This document shows positions 23,010 through 33,987 of a stretch of DNA of 64,000 nt, piece after piece; position 1 is the stretch's first letter, and the number at the start of each line of letters is the position of its first letter. The stretch is from Babesia bigemina (Eukaryota), in contig NC_027218.1 of NCBI RefSeq assembly GCF_000981445.1, positions 1,240,001 to 1,304,000 on the forward strand, in the 5' to 3' direction. The position numbers and the translations under genes are program-made. The notes under the pieces were generated by a model. The model saw only the letters and a list, made by a program, of their open reading frames with translations. It did no database searches and had not been told where the DNA came from.

Positions 23010-26000
23010 TCAAGGTTGCAGGTACGATATCTTGGCAAGTTTGCCAACGCGTGCTGCCGCCAACAGTGATTGAGCGGCGATGCGGTGTGATGAGGGTGAG
23101 TGCAAGTGAGATTTGATGTGGAACAGGTCGAGGAGGATGACCATGATGTGGATGAGGTAGAGGAAAGAGAGGAGCCAGAGGGTGAGAAGGAGGTAGGAGA
23201 AAGGTTCTCTGATTTTCCATAGATATTCTGGAATCGTTCTATAAACTAATTTGGCAAGCGCAGCTCCTACTTGCGTCTCATCGTTAAGGATGCTCTTCAA
23301 CGCGCTGCAGAAATCTTTGCACGTACGCTTTTTAGCGCCACTGTCTGACAAGCCGCTCAGTCTGTGCTGGCTTCCAAAAGTGAACCCGTACTTATACAGC
23401 GTTGGATGGGTGTTTTGGCATTCAACGATTGAATGGCATTTGTCATCGTGATTTTTGCTTTCGAGCTGCTTCACGGTTGCTTGCGTATTATTGGACTTCA
23501 GTAAATCATAGTACCCTTTCACTTCGCAATCTTCAACACAGCTTTTGTCGTGGCATCTCGTACCAGCGGTGTCGCAATTCTTGCAGCACTCGTCGAGCAA
23601 CGCCTTAAGCAATGCATAGAATGTTCCAGTTATGTATACAACCCACGACAGATATTGCTTGTTATTGGAGGCCGCGAAAATACTATACAGGTTCAAGTTG
23701 ATAGATTGAACGTACATCCCACACGTCGCCTCGTCGCTGGACTCACACGACGTTATGCTAAACAGATCACCGTTTTTATGGGTACCGTCTGTATTACGGT
23801 GGCTGCTGCTGGCGAAAAGTGAAGGGAGATTGAACTCGTATTCGTTCCCGAAATAAGCCTCCTTGACGGCAGTTTTGAAGGCGACGCGCTTATGCGTCAG
23901 GACTTCCTGCTTCGGCGGTGAAATACCATTCCAGTTTGCCAGGTAACCGTAGAAGAAACCGAAGATATCTCCAAGTGTCTGAGGCGGCGTCTTCAGCAGA
24001 CATTTTGTAAAAGCGCAAAACCTGGTGAGTGGTTTGCTGATGTTACCACAGAGTTGGAAAACAGCATCCCTAAGATGCGTACCGTTTTGTGTATGGGATG
24101 CCACAATGCCAATGTCCCTGAAACCCATCGGCGTTTTACACGGTTTGCCAAAGTGGTTAGAGACAGCACATTCTAGCTTGCAGCCTGGAGCCTTGAATTG
24201 ATGCGGTAAGAAACCCTGGAGACCATCTTCCAGGAACGACTGCAGCGGAGATTTCACTCCGCACGTAGGGTGCCGGTCGCAGTTTTGCCCAGCATTTTGG
24301 TCACCATTTTGGTCACCATTTTGGTTAGCGATTTGGTCAGCTACTTGGGGGCATGTTTGGTTGCCACATTGCTTCCTGTTGCAGTTCCAAGCCGACCCGG
24401 CAACGTGCTGCCCGTATTGACAATCACGCCACCCTCCACTCTCCGGACCGTTCTGACAAATCTTGTATATAAAAGCAAGTTGCTCATACACTCTATTCGA
24501 TACGTCGACGAGCATGTCAAAGCACGCACCTGCACTGCTTGGATAAGTGATGTTACTCTGATTAGTGTAGAAGTCAACGGCATATACACCATCCGCGTGC
24601 CCGTGGCCCTGGATGGCAACCAGCACGTCGACGGAGTAGTTGCAAACACTGCGAAGCTCATCGCCTAATTCCTTAGCGTTCAGGTTCGTCTCAGTGGATT
24701 CAAACTTGTAAGCGGATACATCGTTTGCTTTCGCATCTTCAGGTTTCTTGAACAGGCCTTTTAAGTACGCAACTAGTTTGTCATACATCGGATTGTGCCG
24801 CAGTCCCGTGAGCCATTGCAGCATCTGATATACGTTGCACGGTGCTTTCGGCGCTGGAATGTGGCGAAGGTGAGATGTCTTAAAGTAGATGATAAGGTGC
24901 TCGTGGAAGAAGGTAAGTACGTCAATAATGGTAATCTCTGTAGCACCTTGGCTGCTTCTTTCAGTGGACTTACTGTTCTTCTGCTTCCACTCTGTTAGGA
25001 TGCTATTTGTATGTTTAAGATCCTTGTTTAGTAGGTCACTTGCTATTTTCTCTGCATTGAAGTCATTTTTATTTCTCAACTCCCCCTCGTGGGAATTTTC
25101 CGCTGTGGATACCCTGTAACCGTTCCTTTGGAAAAAAGCTCCTAGCGGATTTGTCATATTTTTTTTGTTTACATTAATCATTTGCAAATTAATTTTCCTG
25201 CTTTTTTGTTTGCCGCATCCGATCTTCAACCCATCCAACTCGTGGTACAATGTCTCTAAAATCGTTAAAAACACCTTCGACAAATTTTTGCCATTATTCG
25301 TCAATTTACCTTCATTATTAACCAATTGATCCAAATTAATTGTCTCCCTATGCCCATCATACCCATTCACATACGCCCGCTCCAACTCCTTGACAAACCC
25401 CTCCAGCCCCGCTCTAACCGCATCGAGCAGCTCCGGGTGCCGGGGGTTGGAGAAGTGGGCGGGGGATAAAACGCTGAGAGAGGAGGAGAGAGAGGAGAGG
25501 AGGGTGGTGAAGCGGGTGTCGAAGTTATAAACCTTTTCATTCTGCTTTTTCAGATGACGTAGCAAGTCATAAAGTCTCTCTTTCAGATCCTTAACTTTTT
25601 CGGACTCCTTAGTTTGCAGCATTATCGACGTGTTTCCATGCGTTTGGTATGGTTGAGTCATAACGTGGCTTTCTACGTATTGTAGGATAGTATAAGCATA
25701 GGTTGTTAAACCCTCTACCAAATACGTAACTTTCGGAGCATCATTTTTAGTTTGAACAACTGCAGCTTTTTTCAGTTCAGTAAGCAAATTAGCGTCATTT
25801 GAACCACGCAACTCGAAGCCATATATTCTCCCCAAAAACCCTTTCAGGCCCTTTTCTCTGTCGTCTTTCATGATTTTCTCAACCTCATATCTTTGAGTTT
25901 CCAGAAAAGTAGTCAGAGATGTCAGCTCCTTTTGCTTGTGTTCCGCATATAATTGTTGCGCTTTGTTTTTTATGTTGGTGGATACCGACATAACTGCTTC

Positions 26001-28424
26001 ATCGACGTAATTTTTGAGAAATCCGATACAATCATCAGCATCAGTCTGGATTTTCTTGTCGAAGATACCAGCTTCTCTTATAATTCCCGCCAGAGAAGTA
26101 AGATCAGTGCTGCCTAGATTACCGATAATATTTTCAATACGCGTCTGGATTCCTTTAACGGACTTTTTAGCATCTCCGTATAACGTATTGGTCATCATAT
26201 GATTTAGGCTTTTCAACTTTTGCTTGACTCCGGTGTCATTATCGACTTTCCCGGCAAGCTTCTCGATTTTTTTGCAGAGTTGTCGAAAGGTGTTCTCGAT
26301 TACACTGGCTCTGTCTATTATCGTGGTTTCAGCCTTTTTAGCGGCTTCAACAAGCGCCCTTGCCTTATTTGTAATAGGTTCTAGATGGACACTCACGATT
26401 TGATCAACAGCCTGTTGCATCTCCAAAATACCATTCGTTATAGCAGCGTTGAAAAGGTTAAACAGGTGTGTGTCGAAGTTCTTTCCTTCGGCGGCCTTTT
26501 TTCCAATATCCGCTGTAATCCCCTTGATAACCATGTTGGGGATAACTCCCGGTATACTATTCCAAATTGCTCTGGCACTGTAGAGCTGGTTCAAGACTTG
26601 TTCTATTTTAGGGCCAACGTCGTCTCTGCCATCTAGTTCTACCGTAGCATCTAGCGCCTTAGATACTCCATTAACACTCCACAACTCAGTATCTTTCAAA
26701 GCTTTGAGACCACGGATCTTAGCATGTTCCCAAGAACCGCCTGTAGCATCCACGGCATGCTGTAACGCTTTCTTCAACTTATCCATATATCCCTCTACGT
26801 TCATTTCGATTGCTGTTGTTAGCGCGGAAATCTTACCACCCAAATTCCATACCTCTTCACCGTCACCCTTATTAAAACCATCCAAAGACTTAGGTACTAA
26901 TTTTTCAACTTGCTGTTGTGTCTCTTTAAGCTTCTTTACCGCGCAGTCTCCTGTTCCATTTTCATCCTGACCCTTAATTTGTTTGATTACACGATCATAT
27001 TCACCCTTCAACTGCTTGAATTGCTGATGCAGCTCCGCAGCTTTGGTTTTGATTTCTTCGACCGCCATACCGATTTCGCGGGGCTTTTCTTCAGCTGGTT
27101 CGATTTCGTTTATAATTTCATCGACCTGATTTTCAATCACTTTGATAAAATTAGTCGCCACCCCAATCCACCTTGCCAAGTCACTCTTAACATCGTCCAA
27201 CATAGTTCTAAGTTGCTCCAATGGAGCCTTAATATTCTTTTCAAACGTTCCTTGCAAATTTTCTCTAAGAGTAATTATATTTTGAAGTATCTCACCATTC
27301 AGAATCTTTTGCAGCTCTTCGAGCTGGCCATTAACCGTCCCATTCAAATCCGCTAAATCCCTGTTCTCACAATTTTTTCTAAAACCTTCAACTACACACC
27401 TTATCAATTTCATCGGCATCTCCAACTTCTTCTTAAGCTCTGAGTCCAACTTCTCTTTGGCTTCTTCGACCTCACTCAATTTCTCAACATACTCTCCGGC
27501 TCGCTGAGTCCACTCGCTAAATTGCGTTTTGAGAGGCTTCCCTTTTTGATTATCCCAATTTATTTTAGTATCTGCAAATAAATCATTCAACTCACTTAAT
27601 GCTTTAGTTACCTTTCTCGTTCTCCTCTTCAAACCAATATCGTACCACATGAGGCCACGATGAACGCTCCCGATGGCCTGAGAAAATCCCGAAACTCCAA
27701 GCCCATTACCAATGGTACCTTTTAAAGCCTCGATACTACTGGTGATATTGTTATTGTAATGCTTTAACAACGGTTCACTGCCCTCTATACATTTAAACAA
27801 AAACACCATCACGGCATCACAGAGCCTGTCCAGGTCGGAGTACACAATACCCTTGCCGTCGTAGCCTTTGGAGTCTTTGTTGAAGCCGAGGAATTTTTCG
27901 AGGCCATCACATAAATGCGTTAAAACATTCTCACTATTCTTTTTTTCAAGTTCAGTAGCAAATGTCTGAAGCTTACCAACAATTTCTCTCCGCTGCTTAA
28001 TCTCAGCCAAACCCTTATCCCTCTCCTCCTGAGGGAGGTGATGGGTATTAGCACAGCCATTTTTAGAGGTTTCGGCTTTTTTGATTTTAGCGTTTAGGTC
28101 ATCTTTTTTAGATTTATCAGCGTTTTCAGGTTCTTTCAATTTCTTATTGGCTTCATCAATTTTAGTCTGCTGCTCCTGACAAAAGGGCTTGACAGGGGGA
28201 CTACCAGAGGAGGGCTGATCAGAAGGGTTTCCACGGCAAATGAGCTTGGATTCGCGTTCATCAAGGGACTTAGTAGCCTTCCCAATTGCCTCCTCAATCA
28301 ACTTTTTCAAAGCTTCAGACAACTTGGTAAGACCATCCTCACCACTCCCATGCCTTACCTGGATGAGCCAGTCGATTGCCTCCCGGAGATTCTCCGGGCA
28401 GTCAGTAAGCTTCTTAGGCACCAT
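23010..28424 (-). CDS. ves/VESA1-like variant erythrocyte surface antigen (1804 aa), copy 2
   Basis: Same N-terminal, GIVYSDLDRLCD, TM and tail motifs as copy 1; highly divergent middle. Confidence 0.92.
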   Translation of the reverse strand: MVPKKLTDCPENLREAIDWLIQVRHGSGEDGLTKLSEALKKLIEEAIGKATKSLDERESKLICRGNPSDQPSSGSPPVKPFCQEQQTKIDEANKKLKEPENADKSKKDDLNAKIKKAETSKNGCANTHHLPQEERDKGLAEIKQRREIVGKLQTFATELEKKNSENVLTHLCDGLEKFLGFNKDSKGYDGKGIVYSDLDRLCDAVMVFLFKCIEGSEPLLKHYNNNITSSIEALKGTIGNGLGVSGFSQAIGSVHRGLMWYDIGLKRRTRKVTKALSELNDLFADTKINWDNQKGKPLKTQFSEWTQRAGEYVEKLSEVEEAKEKLDSELKKKLEMPMKLIRCVVEGFRKNCENRDLADLNGTVNGQLEELQKILNGEILQNIITLRENLQGTFEKNIKAPLEQLRTMLDDVKSDLARWIGVATNFIKVIENQVDEIINEIEPAEEKPREIGMAVEEIKTKAAELHQQFKQLKGEYDRVIKQIKGQDENGTGDCAVKKLKETQQQVEKLVPKSLDGFNKGDGEEVWNLGGKISALTTAIEMNVEGYMDKLKKALQHAVDATGGSWEHAKIRGLKALKDTELWSVNGVSKALDATVELDGRDDVGPKIEQVLNQLYSARAIWNSIPGVIPNMVIKGITADIGKKAAEGKNFDTHLFNLFNAAITNGILEMQQAVDQIVSVHLEPITNKARALVEAAKKAETTIIDRASVIENTFRQLCKKIEKLAGKVDNDTGVKQKLKSLNHMMTNTLYGDAKKSVKGIQTRIENIIGNLGSTDLTSLAGIIREAGIFDKKIQTDADDCIGFLKNYVDEAVMSVSTNIKNKAQQLYAEHKQKELTSLTTFLETQRYEVEKIMKDDREKGLKGFLGRIYGFELRGSNDANLLTELKKAAVVQTKNDAPKVTYLVEGLTTYAYTILQYVESHVMTQPYQTHGNTSIMLQTKESEKVKDLKERLYDLLRHLKKQNEKVYNFDTRFTTLLSSLSSSLSVLSPAHFSNPRHPELLDAVRAGLEGFVKELERAYVNGYDGHRETINLDQLVNNEGKLTNNGKNLSKVFLTILETLYHELDGLKIGCGKQKSRKINLQMINVNKKNMTNPLGAFFQRNGYRVSTAENSHEGELRNKNDFNAEKIASDLLNKDLKHTNSILTEWKQKNSKSTERSSQGATEITIIDVLTFFHEHLIIYFKTSHLRHIPAPKAPCNVYQMLQWLTGLRHNPMYDKLVAYLKGLFKKPEDAKANDVSAYKFESTETNLNAKELGDELRSVCNYSVDVLVAIQGHGHADGVYAVDFYTNQSNITYPSSAGACFDMLVDVSNRVYEQLAFIYKICQNGPESGGWRDCQYGQHVAGSAWNCNRKQCGNQTCPQVADQIANQNGDQNGDQNAGQNCDRHPTCGVKSPLQSFLEDGLQGFLPHQFKAPGCKLECAVSNHFGKPCKTPMGFRDIGIVASHTQNGTHLRDAVFQLCGNISKPLTRFCAFTKCLLKTPPQTLGDIFGFFYGYLANWNGISPPKQEVLTHKRVAFKTAVKEAYFGNEYEFNLPSLFASSSHRNTDGTHKNGDLFSITSCESSDEATCGMYVQSINLNLYSIFAASNNKQYLSWVVYITGTFYALLKALLDECCKNCDTAGTRCHDKSCVEDCEVKGYYDLLKSNNTQATVKQLESKNHDDKCHSIVECQNTHPTLYKYGFTFGSQHRLSGLSDSGAKKRTCKDFCSALKSILNDETQVGAALAKLVYRTIPEYLWKIREPFSYLLLTLWLLSFLYLIHIMVILLDLFHIKSHLHSPSSHRIAAQSLLAAARVGKLAKISYLQP
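24285..24345 (-). repeat. 12-bp in-frame tandem repeat in ves copy 2 (DQIANQNGDQNGDQNAGQN)
   Basis: TTTTGGTCACCA units visible on the + strand. Confidence 0.75.
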
Positions 28425-29526
28425 TGTTTAGAAGCTGAAGTTGACAGTATTATTCGTTTTGCGGAACTACATATGCAATTCAAGGCTGCAGACCTCCACT
28501 CCACTGCAAAAATGCGATGCGCACTGAACGGCTGACAACCTCCTCTTTCAGTGCTCCAAACTACATTACTCAAGGGCGTCCTCGATTAAGGGCGTATTTG
28601 AAAATCATGACGAATTTGGCATCCACCTCGCTCACCTAATCCCAACCACCAGCACCCAGACAGCTCGAAATTCTGGCCCACTTCGGCGGCGTCCTGAAGC
28701 CTCCAAACTGCACTCCAATGTTCCACCGCCGGAAGAAACAGGTATAGTTGATGCAAGCTGCTAGTTAATATTCGCATCAAATTCTACACTGCCTCTGCGC
28801 ACTTACTGGTCCACCCCACTGCCACTGCACGGTTTTAACATAATGCTAATACGATATTCCCAAATGTGACTCGAGCGACTGGGTGGCTACTACACGAATA
28901 TGAGCATGCCGTAATCGAGAAGCGGAAAGGGCAATGGCATTTTACCTCCGCAGCGTTTACAGGGAACGGAATCCTCGATGCATGATGTCTGCAAATATGA
29001 CGTCCATATGGAAGATTACCGATGTAAATGTGAAGCACAGTTAGGATATATCTGGCTGAAAGGCGATGGTATGAGTGAATAGCAGTAAGGGCAAGTGGAG
29101 GACTATAGTAATGATGGAAAGTGCCATGCCAAACTCAGGAGTCTCATGAGGGTTGAGAGCATACTCTACAAGAACACTACAACGTATATAGTATAAATCA
29201 CGCCTTCACTACCGTGGATAACGGGACTGTCAACGAAGGCAACCCGGTGGAGACGGGGCATACAAGAAGAGGAGATGCAGGGACGTGGTCGAGGCTATGA
29301 AGCGGACATCTTTCATCTAGCAGACACGTTATATCGTTATAAGTTATGTGACGAGGTACATGAAACCAAGATGATTATAACTCTGTTGATGACCATCTGG
29401 CCCAAACTGGATGGATGCCCGCATGGATGGCACCAGTGACGTCCGGCAATGGACCGACGTGGATCCCGCAACCGATTTCAGCGTGAGGCGGCAGCCCCGC
29501 CAAAGCCACAAACCGACCCTAGGCAC
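28393..29526 (-). repeat. Right arm of 1,134-bp inverted repeat
   Basis: Reverse complement of 11648-12781. Confidence 0.95.
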
Positions 29527-29708
29527 CCAGCCACATAGCACACTATAAAATGAGGGGACACAACTGTAAGGAGCATTCTGCTGGGTGATACCAAGGTCTA
29601 ATATGACGCAATGACAACTGCCACGAGTAATCAAAAGGCCTCGATAGACAACTGTGCAAAGAGATGTAGTTTGAAAATGCAGTGTTGTTATGATAAAGAC
29701 TTATGATT

Positions 29709-29732
29709 GCCTCCACGCCATGGCGTGGAGGC
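29709..29732. repeat. 24-bp perfect palindrome GCCTCCACGCCATGGCGTGGAGGC
   Basis: Read directly; self-reverse-complementary, GC-rich in AT-rich surroundings. Confidence 0.95.
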
Positions 29733-31205
29733 TACTCATTGGCGACTTTGTCATTACAGATACATCATTGAGTTCTATGTTATCCTCATTGCCGTTACAA
29801 CGTGTCCTATACATGCATGGTTTATGTTGAGGTAGTTTGTAAGCAGGAGTAACTCGATATTTTATCATGCTCACCTCAGCAAAAGGTGAATGTCTGGTTG
29901 CGTGTTTGATTGTAGAGATTGTATATGGCCAGTTCGCCGAGAGTAGCTAAGTGTTGCAGATGAATTTTCATCGATCTGCAAGATGAACCAACAACTAACT
30001 TGTAGGGGAAGATGATTACGACATAGCAGGCTGCAGGTAGCGATGTTGACGTTATGATTGCTAGATTCATAATATGCTCCATCCTTAATTACCATGCCAG
30101 ACTTCCGAACCTCTACAATAAGCTTACAAATTGATTTAAAAATTACGAAGAGGAGTATTGCGTGTTCTGATTTTTGCCTCCAAGGATCGCTCGTAATCTA
30201 ACCTTCACCCTGTGTATGCTGCAGTTTTCACTTCAAATTTCAATATATAAGGAACCACCATAGTTATGTTTTGATCATCTAGCTTCAACAGTTACATTCT
30301 GAGTGCATTGAACATTTTATTATCGTTCAGCATTTAGCCCGTCCGCTGCACCTACATTCAAGCATACGTGTTTCAATTATTTTACCCAGCGCCTGACATC
30401 ACAATAATCATGTGATGCTAACGTAATGGACATATTTAAACACCGGAGAGCGTCCAATTTTAATATAGGCACTTTTAACAACAGATCGTAGGATCGGAAC
30501 CTAGTTTGCGCTACGTGTTGCATTTCAGTTTAATTACACAATTACCCTGATTGCAATCCAATTATGTAGAAACATACAACATAGACTCTGTATTGGTTTC
30601 AGTAGCTAACACTACATACTTGTGACGAATCCGATACTTAACTGGATTGTTCTCGACGACAAAGGAATAGATTCCAGGTTTATACGAACGCAGTTTGTAC
30701 TTATAGGTATATGGAAACGTAGCATGGGTATGCACAAAAAAATATACAGTTTAAATCGTTAAGGAAGCACCAAAGCATCCATCCCTGTTCGTCGCTGGTG
30801 AAAGGCCATAATAATTGTCAAACAATCGCCTTTCAAATAAACAATAGCGCCAGCGGCACAAATAGCAGCTATTGATAATAATAAATGTCATTGCTTACTT
30901 ATGTCCTTTGACCGACACTAGGCGTCTGTGGCACACTAATAATAATTCTGTAACACCTTATATGCGCCACACATTATCTCACACACTTAATAATAAGACT
31001 TTCTATTTTATTCCAGCTATTTAACACGTTGTTACACTTATAATCTGTTTTTTTTATGGTGGAAGGTTCTTCATAACCTCCCCCCGGAGTGTGTAACTTT
31101 GAATGCAAACAACCCACCGAATCACACGCCTCTGATGATATAACAAATTTGTTTTTTGATTTCCTAATGAAGTTGAAAGTCGTTATGCTTGTTTGAGCAA
31201 GTCGG

Positions 31206-33818
31206 ATGCCAGTTACGCTGCTGTGCGTAGTCGGCTTCTCAGCACCGTTTCACGTTGGCATCTGGGCCGAGATTCCATGTCTAGTACTTATCATAATTCT
31301 CATCACAACCGTTTCTGTCTACTCGCTGTATAGTCGACCTCAGAGAGCCCAAAAGTGGAGTTACGGAAGTTTTGCAGGCACCTTCCATATCCACAGACAA
31401 TATCCGCCGGGATTCCTCATCCATGGTACCTATGAAGGGATACGTTCAGATGATTGTACCACAATAAGAGCATCATCGACCTTATGCACTGGCAAAAAGA
31501 AGTGGGAGTGTAACGATGGCCGTTTTTGTCGCTCTAACAACTCACCGGAAGATATAGATTTATTGTCTGGTGGTTCCGGCGACTTACCTGAAAGCACTAA
31601 AACGCACAAAGATGGCAATAATTCGAAAGCAAAAGGACAGCGTCACTTTCTAAGTGCAACAGAGGTATGTTGAGACACTCCACTTTGATATGTGTCAGCT
31701 TGGCATTGTCAAGGTTACCAAGTGCCATTTAGTATCGGACGCAGCTGCATCATTTCATGAGATTTACGGAGCGAATTGGTGTTACAACGATTACACTTGT
31801 GATGCTGTGAGCCATCTATTTACCGCCCTAGAGGCATCCGGTTGTGATACGCTGCTAAAAGCGTAAGTTGATGGGACTGTGTTATATTTCCCCCCAGGTA
31901 CCGCAACCAATGGCCCAATGCGGACTCAGTGGCACTATGCAGAGCGTATCAAGGATTATTTTTGTCCATGTATCGATTGGGAGGAAAAGAACGCATGTTG
32001 GATATCTTTTTGAGCCTGCTTGACCATCCGCTTTTGCTCCGTGCCAACATGTTCCATTTGTGCAGTACATCGGCGTACCAGACGTTTGTGAATGGATGGA
32101 TCTTGTCGTTGTTGTTCTTTAACATCTACCGTCTATACGGATCTCGATTTTTCTATCAGGTTCCAGTATTCACCTCTTTCAAAACGGCGTGCAATTTGCC
32201 AACTCCAGCGCCAACAGACAAACAAATCAAGAAGGATCTATTTGTGGATTTTAAATGCTTTCGGAATAATAAGTTACGCCGGTCCGATGTTGGCAGCTTT
32301 CACACTGGTGTTATGGAAGCCTGCCTCCATGCCCGGGAGTTTCGTATGGCCACATCCGTGTATTTCAGCAATCTGTTTTGCGGTGATGCATTGGACGATG
32401 ATACATATCAGTCTGGTGTACCAAACTTTAGGGTGCGAGGTACGGATAACACGTCATTTGATTCGTCACAGGCTGGTCGCAGATTCTCAGACCTTGTAAG
32501 CTGCGTGGTATCGAAGACGTCCCGGATTGAGAGTTCACTCAAACTGGAATCACCATCGCCTAAGACGGTAGATGAAGATTTGAAAGCCGTATCTGCGTTG
32601 AACGAGTCTAATTTAAACCAGGCAGGCGAGCTGTGGGCCAGGACGCTGATGCTGAAGCATGCGCTTCACAACATTTTCCTGTCTCTTGACGTTGCAGTTC
32701 CGAGCTATGAAACGGAAGAATCAGGTGAAAATAACACTCTTTCTGTCGATGTAAGGCGCATCCTTTCCCCATATGCCGATGTTGGCTACCTGGAACCCTT
32801 GCTTACTCGATACCACCAGGCTCTTGCAAATAAGAACTTGTTTAAGCCACCGAAGCAAGATGCCACTCTATCTGTCGACGAATTTATGTGCTACATACAT
32901 GGAAACGATGACGCATCTTCGTCTTCTTCTGAATCTCAGCGCATGTTACGTTTCGTGCACAGGCCGTTGAGCGATACATTTTTAAAAAACTCGCCTTCCA
33001 CCGGAGAAGACGGTCGGATAACGCTGAATTCTACAATCCGTGGTTTGGTAAAATCTGGAGTGCGACTGGGAGAAATAGGTGCCAGCGGTGTCTACTCAAT
33101 CATGCGACAGCTGCTATCATTCGGTATCAGTGGTTCGGCGACCATACGTTTGTTATCGGCCGTTTTCCCCGACATCCGATTCCAAACGTGGAGCCATTAC
33201 CACGCCTTTGTTTGTGCTTTCGAGTGCGATATCGAACGGCGTGATTTGAGTTCTCTAGATCGGCTAATGGATCTGATGCTGCGTTGGAACTGCAGACCTG
33301 AGCCTGCGATATATGCCCGGTTCTTCGAACTATGCTCTTCACGAGACGCAAACGATCTAATTATAAAGCACGGCCGCGCTTTTATGGAGCTACCATCAGT
33401 TGCGGATGGTATTGAAGATCGCCTTTTGGGCTTGGCTCCCTACAGCCGGGTATCGTTCGAAATGTACTTCCATTTACTCCTCGCATACAGTCGTTTGGGT
33501 ATGTTTACGATCTATCTGTCGCTTTAATCATGTTACACAGGCCGTAACAAAGAGGGTCTACTGGTTTTCAAGCGTCTGCTGCTGGAATTGAATGGACTAT
33601 ATCGCACGATTCCACCTCGAATCTGGCAGGTAGTGCGGACGATCGCAGGGAATTGCAATATGTCTCCCGAGTTTGTTGCATTGGTTGATCAGTGTGAGTC
33701 GTTGTATACGGCCTGCAACCCGACGCGAACGCTGGAATCTCAAACACCAGGAGCCGCGCGGCCTGTGTTATCTCGCGAGCTGGAGAGGCTCATAGACAAT
33801 CATGTTAATGCTAGTTAG
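31206..33818 (+). CDS. Helical-repeat (PPR-like) protein with hydrophobic leader, 4 exons
   Basis: Introns near 31665-31698, 31863-31897 and 33499-33540 join four ORF pieces. PPR-like segments: YHAFVCAF...LMDLMLRWNCRPEPAIYARFFELC and MYFHLLLAYSRLGRNKEGLLVFKRL. Start codon uncertain. Confidence 0.6.
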
Positions 33819-33987
33819 TGTGTAAGATAGTTATTAGTCGAATATTTAACCTGTTGCTCATTTTTCTCCATCTGTCAGTGGGATTCCTCGGTGATTCCAC
33901 GCCCACACATTTGAGGAATGCGGCGCGTTTCGGCAAGGGTCACGTTGTGAGACCGACCACAGGGTAACTTCTGCTCTCGGCATATCG

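Noticed and set aside
11648..29526. Large DNA transposon with terminal inverted repeats
   Set aside because: No transposase, integrase or polymerase inside, no target-site duplication, weak homology continues past the arm ends, and the arms are ves upstream regions with a third copy elsewhere.
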